Shown: positions 60,118 to 64,000 of the stretch, in pieces | Numbering within the stretch: the first letter of the stretch is position 1 | Layout: every line of letters begins with the position of its first letter | DNA from: an uncultured Desulfobacter sp. | GTDB taxonomy: Bacteria; Desulfobacterota; Desulfobacteria; Desulfobacterales; Desulfobacteraceae | NCBI GenBank assembly: GCA_963665095.1 | Contig: OY762069.1 | Coordinates: 3,424,001-3,488,000, forward strand | DNA length: 64,000 nt | Direction of reading: 5' to 3' | Notes under the pieces: generated by a model | The model's database searches: none | The model's input: only the letters and a program-made list of their open reading frames with translations | What the model was told of the DNA's origin: nothing | Translations under genes and position numbers: made by a program

Positions 60118-62839
60118 TCAGCGTTGCCCTACCATGGGGGACGGCTCGGGCTTACCGTGATAATAGCCCTGCTGGTAGTCGATGCCCAGCTCCCTGGCCC
60201 TGGCGGACAGACTTTCATCTGAAATAAACTCGCCAATTGTCTTCATCTTGAGTTTATTGGCGTAGGAGACAATGGAATTCACCACATCAACGGCACGGTC
60301 GTCCTTTGTGATGAGCTTAATGATGCTGCCGTCTATCTTAATGAAGTCCGCCTTGATCTTAAGCAGATAGTCAAAGTTGGAATATCCGGTTCCAAAGTCA
60401 TCTATGGCGATCCTGGCCCCGGCTTTTTTAAATTTGGAAATAATTGACATGGCAGAGGAAGACGAAGAGAGCTGTTCTGACTCCACGATCTCCAGAATCA
60501 TGCGCGACATTGTTTCCGTTTCAAGGGCATATTCATAGATAAATGCCATGGTCTCTTCGTTTAGAATATCTTCAGTGGAGATATTGATGCTGAACTCCGT
60601 GTCACTGCCGGCAAAGGTGTCCATGGACTTTTGGGCAATAATCTTTGTCAGGGTCGGATAAAACCGGGTCTGTTTGCTGATATCAAGAAACTCTGCCGGA
60701 GAGATAATGCCGCCATCTGTATCCAGGATGCGCATAAGGCACTCATACTTTGGTTTTCCGGCGCCCATGATCAGCTGGAAAAACGGTGCAACCCGGTCTT
60801 CATCAATGGCACTGCTGATTATTTTAACAACCCGGGTATTCTGCTCATAGATTTTGCTGTTATCCAGTTCAAGGGGATCATAGGCATAATGACCGATATT
60901 GTTTGCCTTTGCAAATTGCAGGGCCGCATCGGCATGGGACAGGATGTTGTCTGATCCATGGGCATAGCCTGTGATGGTGCTGATCATCAGCTCCTTATCC
61001 CCGATGATGAACGTCTTCCTTGTGATATCCTTAACCGCTGTTTCGACATTGATTATAAACAGATTTTTATCGCTGTGGGTTGAAAATACGGCAAATACAT
61101 CGGAATGCAGCCGGTAAACAAAGTATCTGAACAGCCGAACAGTTTCGGCCAGCCTTAGGGCAAACACCTTCAGCAGCTCATCACCGAGCTTCATGCCGTA
61201 GGTTTCATTAATTTTATGAAAGTCGTCAATGTCAATGATCGCAAGGTCTGCTGAAGCGCAATTTTTTATCTCCATGATCAGGCTGTTTCGGTTATTCAGC
61301 TCCGTCAGATGGTCGAAATTCAAGTATTTCTGGAGTTGTGATTGATTTTCAAACACTTCGGTTACATCATGGCTGATGGAAAAATATTTAATCACCTCAC
61401 CGTCTTTATTCTTAAACGGTACAATGGTGGACTTCTGGAAATAGTATCCCCCGTCTTTTTTAAAATTTTTAATAATTCCCCGCCAGGTTTCGCCTCTGGT
61501 AATGGTTTCCCACAGTTCCTGGAAAGTAGCGGCAGGGTTGTCCGGGTGGCTCAGCTTACTGTATGTTGACGCCAGCAGTTCTTCTTTTCGGAACCCGGTG
61601 ACTTCACACATTTCATCATTCACATGGGTGACTTTCCCCCCCCAGATCTGTGATGCTGACGATGGCGCTTGTGTCAATTACAGTTCTGTACTGCAACAGA
61701 TCATTAACAAAAATTTCCTGCTCATACTCAATTTTCCGGATTCGTTTATAAATCATCAGAGATACCGCCAGAGTAGAGATAAAAAGAAGGAGAATAATCA
61801 GAATATTTTTTATGATCTCGTGTTTAAGAAGCTTACTGCCTATCTCCTCCTCAGCCTGCACAAGCTCATGAAAATTTTCAAAATAAAAGCCGGCCCCCAC
61901 GATCCAGTCCCAATCAGGAATATAGAGAAGATAAGATATCTTTTCAGCTGATTGTGCCTGCCCCGGGATGTTCCAGTAGTATGAACTGAACCCACTGCCT
62001 TTTGTTTTTGCGATATCAACGAAATCCTTGAAGACAAATTTATCCTTCGCGTCTTTATAGGTTCTTAAATCGATATTGTACAAAGAGGGGTCTATATGAA
62101 AAATCATTTTGTAGGAGGTTGTAACTACCCAGAAATAGCCGTAGTTCTGATAGCCGAACCGTTCATCCGTTATAAATCCCAAGACTTCCTGTTTAACCTT
62201 ATCTACCAGGGATTCCAGATAATATCCGGTGCCGATAATCATATCAAAGGTTTTATTGTATCTGGCATAGCCAAGCTTTTGGTAATGGTTATCCCCCCTG
62301 CCGGGTCTGTAGAAATCGTATTGCCCCGTGGCAGAACCATTGGCTTTGGTATTTTCAAGAAATTTAATCAAATCGGGAAACTGGGTTTCCAGGGAGTAGA
62401 TGTTTTTATCCACAAGTTCCGGGCGGGCCCCATGATATCTAATGGTGCCGTCACCTGACATGATGTAGAAATAGCCGGCCTTCCTGTTCCAGTTAAAGGA
62501 GTTGATCATATTCCTGATATGGTCTCCATACTGGGCTCCTTTATGGTTTACATGCACATTTTGAATAAAATCCTCCGCCGACCTTACCTGATCCTTCAGA
62601 CTCTCCATGGCGGATTTGGTCACGCTTGTTCTTATGGCGTATATGCGTTTGACCATTCTTTCAACTTCATTTTTAATCAGCTCCTTTTGCTGGTCAGTGT
62701 AGAATGCTCTGAGTGCGGCTTTATTTTTTTCGCTGAATTTCGTGAAGATACTTTGCATATTCCACAAAATAATCCCTGAAAATACGCATGCTATCGTAAG
62801 GGCTGTAAACAGGGTGATACTGGATATTTTTTGTTTCAT
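60118..62839 (-). pseudogene. Cache-sensor PAS-GGDEF-EAL protein split by a +1 frameshift in a G8 tract
   Basis: ORF 61616-62839 (TM, Cache) and ORF 60118-61677 (PAS, degenerate GGDEF, ECL/DDFGTGYS) join in frame if C8 at 61636-61643 were C7. Confidence 0.8.
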
Positions 62840-63183
62840 ATTGACAGCTCCTCCGTTTGAATGAAAACAATTGTTTCCCCCTGAAGTGACGATGAAAAAG
62901 TGAACTATTGATAAAAACCATGTTCAAGGGGAGCGGGAACCTCTTTATTGTTTAAGATGAGAGGTTGCTTTAAGTCAAGAAAAACAAAGACGTCTCCAAA
63001 GAGGTGATGATCGAAGCGGTGAATTTTAAACCAGAGGTTAAAGCCTGGTCTGCTTATTAACAGAAAAATTTAAATTTTCAGGCCCACTTCGCCCCGGACC
63101 GATGCCTGGCCTGAATCAGACATCCATGCAGGGATAGGCGGGCCGTGTTCTGGAAACGACCGTATTACCCAGAGGAGACGGAT

Positions 63184-63861
63184 TTATATCCCGCGCCAGG
63201 TCACCACGTTCTCAATGTCCTCCCTCTGGCTGGTCACCTGGTTGGCAGGAAAATTCCAGTCCGGGTACCCGATGGCAATGGCGGCCAGCAGGCGTTTGCT
63301 GTCAGGGATTTCGGCAATTTCTCTGACTGCATCGGAATAGGTGATCCCCTGGTTTTCGATACAGGTGCAAAGGCCGAAATCAAGGGCCGCCAGGCAGATA
63401 TTCTGCATGACAGCGCCGGCATCGAGAAAGGAACCCTCAATGGGAAGGGATTTATCGCCCACAATGATGATGGCTGCGGGCGCGTCAAAGTATCGAAACC
63501 CCCTTTCCATCCATTCTGCACGTTTGACTTTATCGTCTCTTTCGATCTCCATGCTGGCAAAAAGACGTTTTGCGATGTCTATCTGGCGCTGTCGGTAAAT
63601 ACTTCCTTTTTCCCGTTTTGCCATGACATGCGCCATCTCTTCGGGGGGTACTTTAAAATTGCGGATTTTTTCCACATTGGCGGCTCTAAGCCGGTCCAGG
63701 GTGTCGCCGGCAACAACGACAAACTCCCATGGCTGGGCATTTTCAGCGGAAGGCGCCCTGACAGCGATGGTAAGGATTTTGGCCAGAGTCTCTTTGGAAA
63801 CGGGCTTGTCTAAAAACTTACGAATACTTTTTCTTTGTTTAATGGCTATCTGTAGTTCCAT
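63184..63861 (-). CDS. nitroreductase family protein
   Basis: RKSIRKF, APSAENAQPW, AIGYPD. Confidence 0.9.
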   Translation of the reverse strand: MELQIAIKQRKSIRKFLDKPVSKETLAKILTIAVRAPSAENAQPWEFVVVAGDTLDRLRAANVEKIRNFKVPPEEMAHVMAKREKGSIYRQRQIDIAKRLFASMEIERDDKVKRAEWMERGFRYFDAPAAIIIVGDKSLPIEGSFLDAGAVMQNICLAALDFGLCTCIENQGITYSDAVREIAEIPDSKRLLAAIAIGYPDWNFPANQVTSQREDIENVVTWRGI

Positions 63862-64000
63862 GGTCCTCTCCTCCCCGAATCTGCTTGAAAGATCAAAACT
63901 TTTTAAAATTTGACGACAGCTGGTATTCTAAATTTAATTACCATCAATGTTCAACACTTTTTAGAAGGTCCGGTTTTAATACCGCAGATGGGATACATGA

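Overview
A 64-kb bacterial chromosome segment. Gene content and style suggest a Desulfobacteraceae-like sulfate reducer (inference). The left part is mostly housekeeping or metabolic: an acyl-CoA dehydrogenase/phosphotransferase/SDR/ETF catabolic cluster, ExeA/ExeB, ABC and Mla-type transporters, MscS, HisA, TrxC, a flagellin and a Liv-type transporter, plus several pseudogene remnants. The right part is a complete type I-C CRISPR-Cas locus on the minus strand (cas3-cas5-cas8c-cas7-[Fic]-[AAA ATPase]-cas4-cas1-cas2-leader). Its array has about 118 repeats by my count and is split at the middle spacer by a 3.54-kb four-ORF DDE/AAA transposon. The most notable observation is in the 300-bp cas3-cas5 intergenic region. 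It holds a sigma70-like promoter, an unannotated 24-codon ORF with a strong RBS, and a solitary degenerate CRISPR repeat with a covarying hairpin and intact 11-nt handle. The 23-nt spacer after that repeat matches a TTC-PAM-flanked site just upstream of the same promoter, with mismatches at positions 6, 12, 13 and 18. This is a candidate CreTA/CreR/CrePA-like autoregulatory and possibly toxin module in a I-C system. All calls were made by eye from motifs; no database searches were run.
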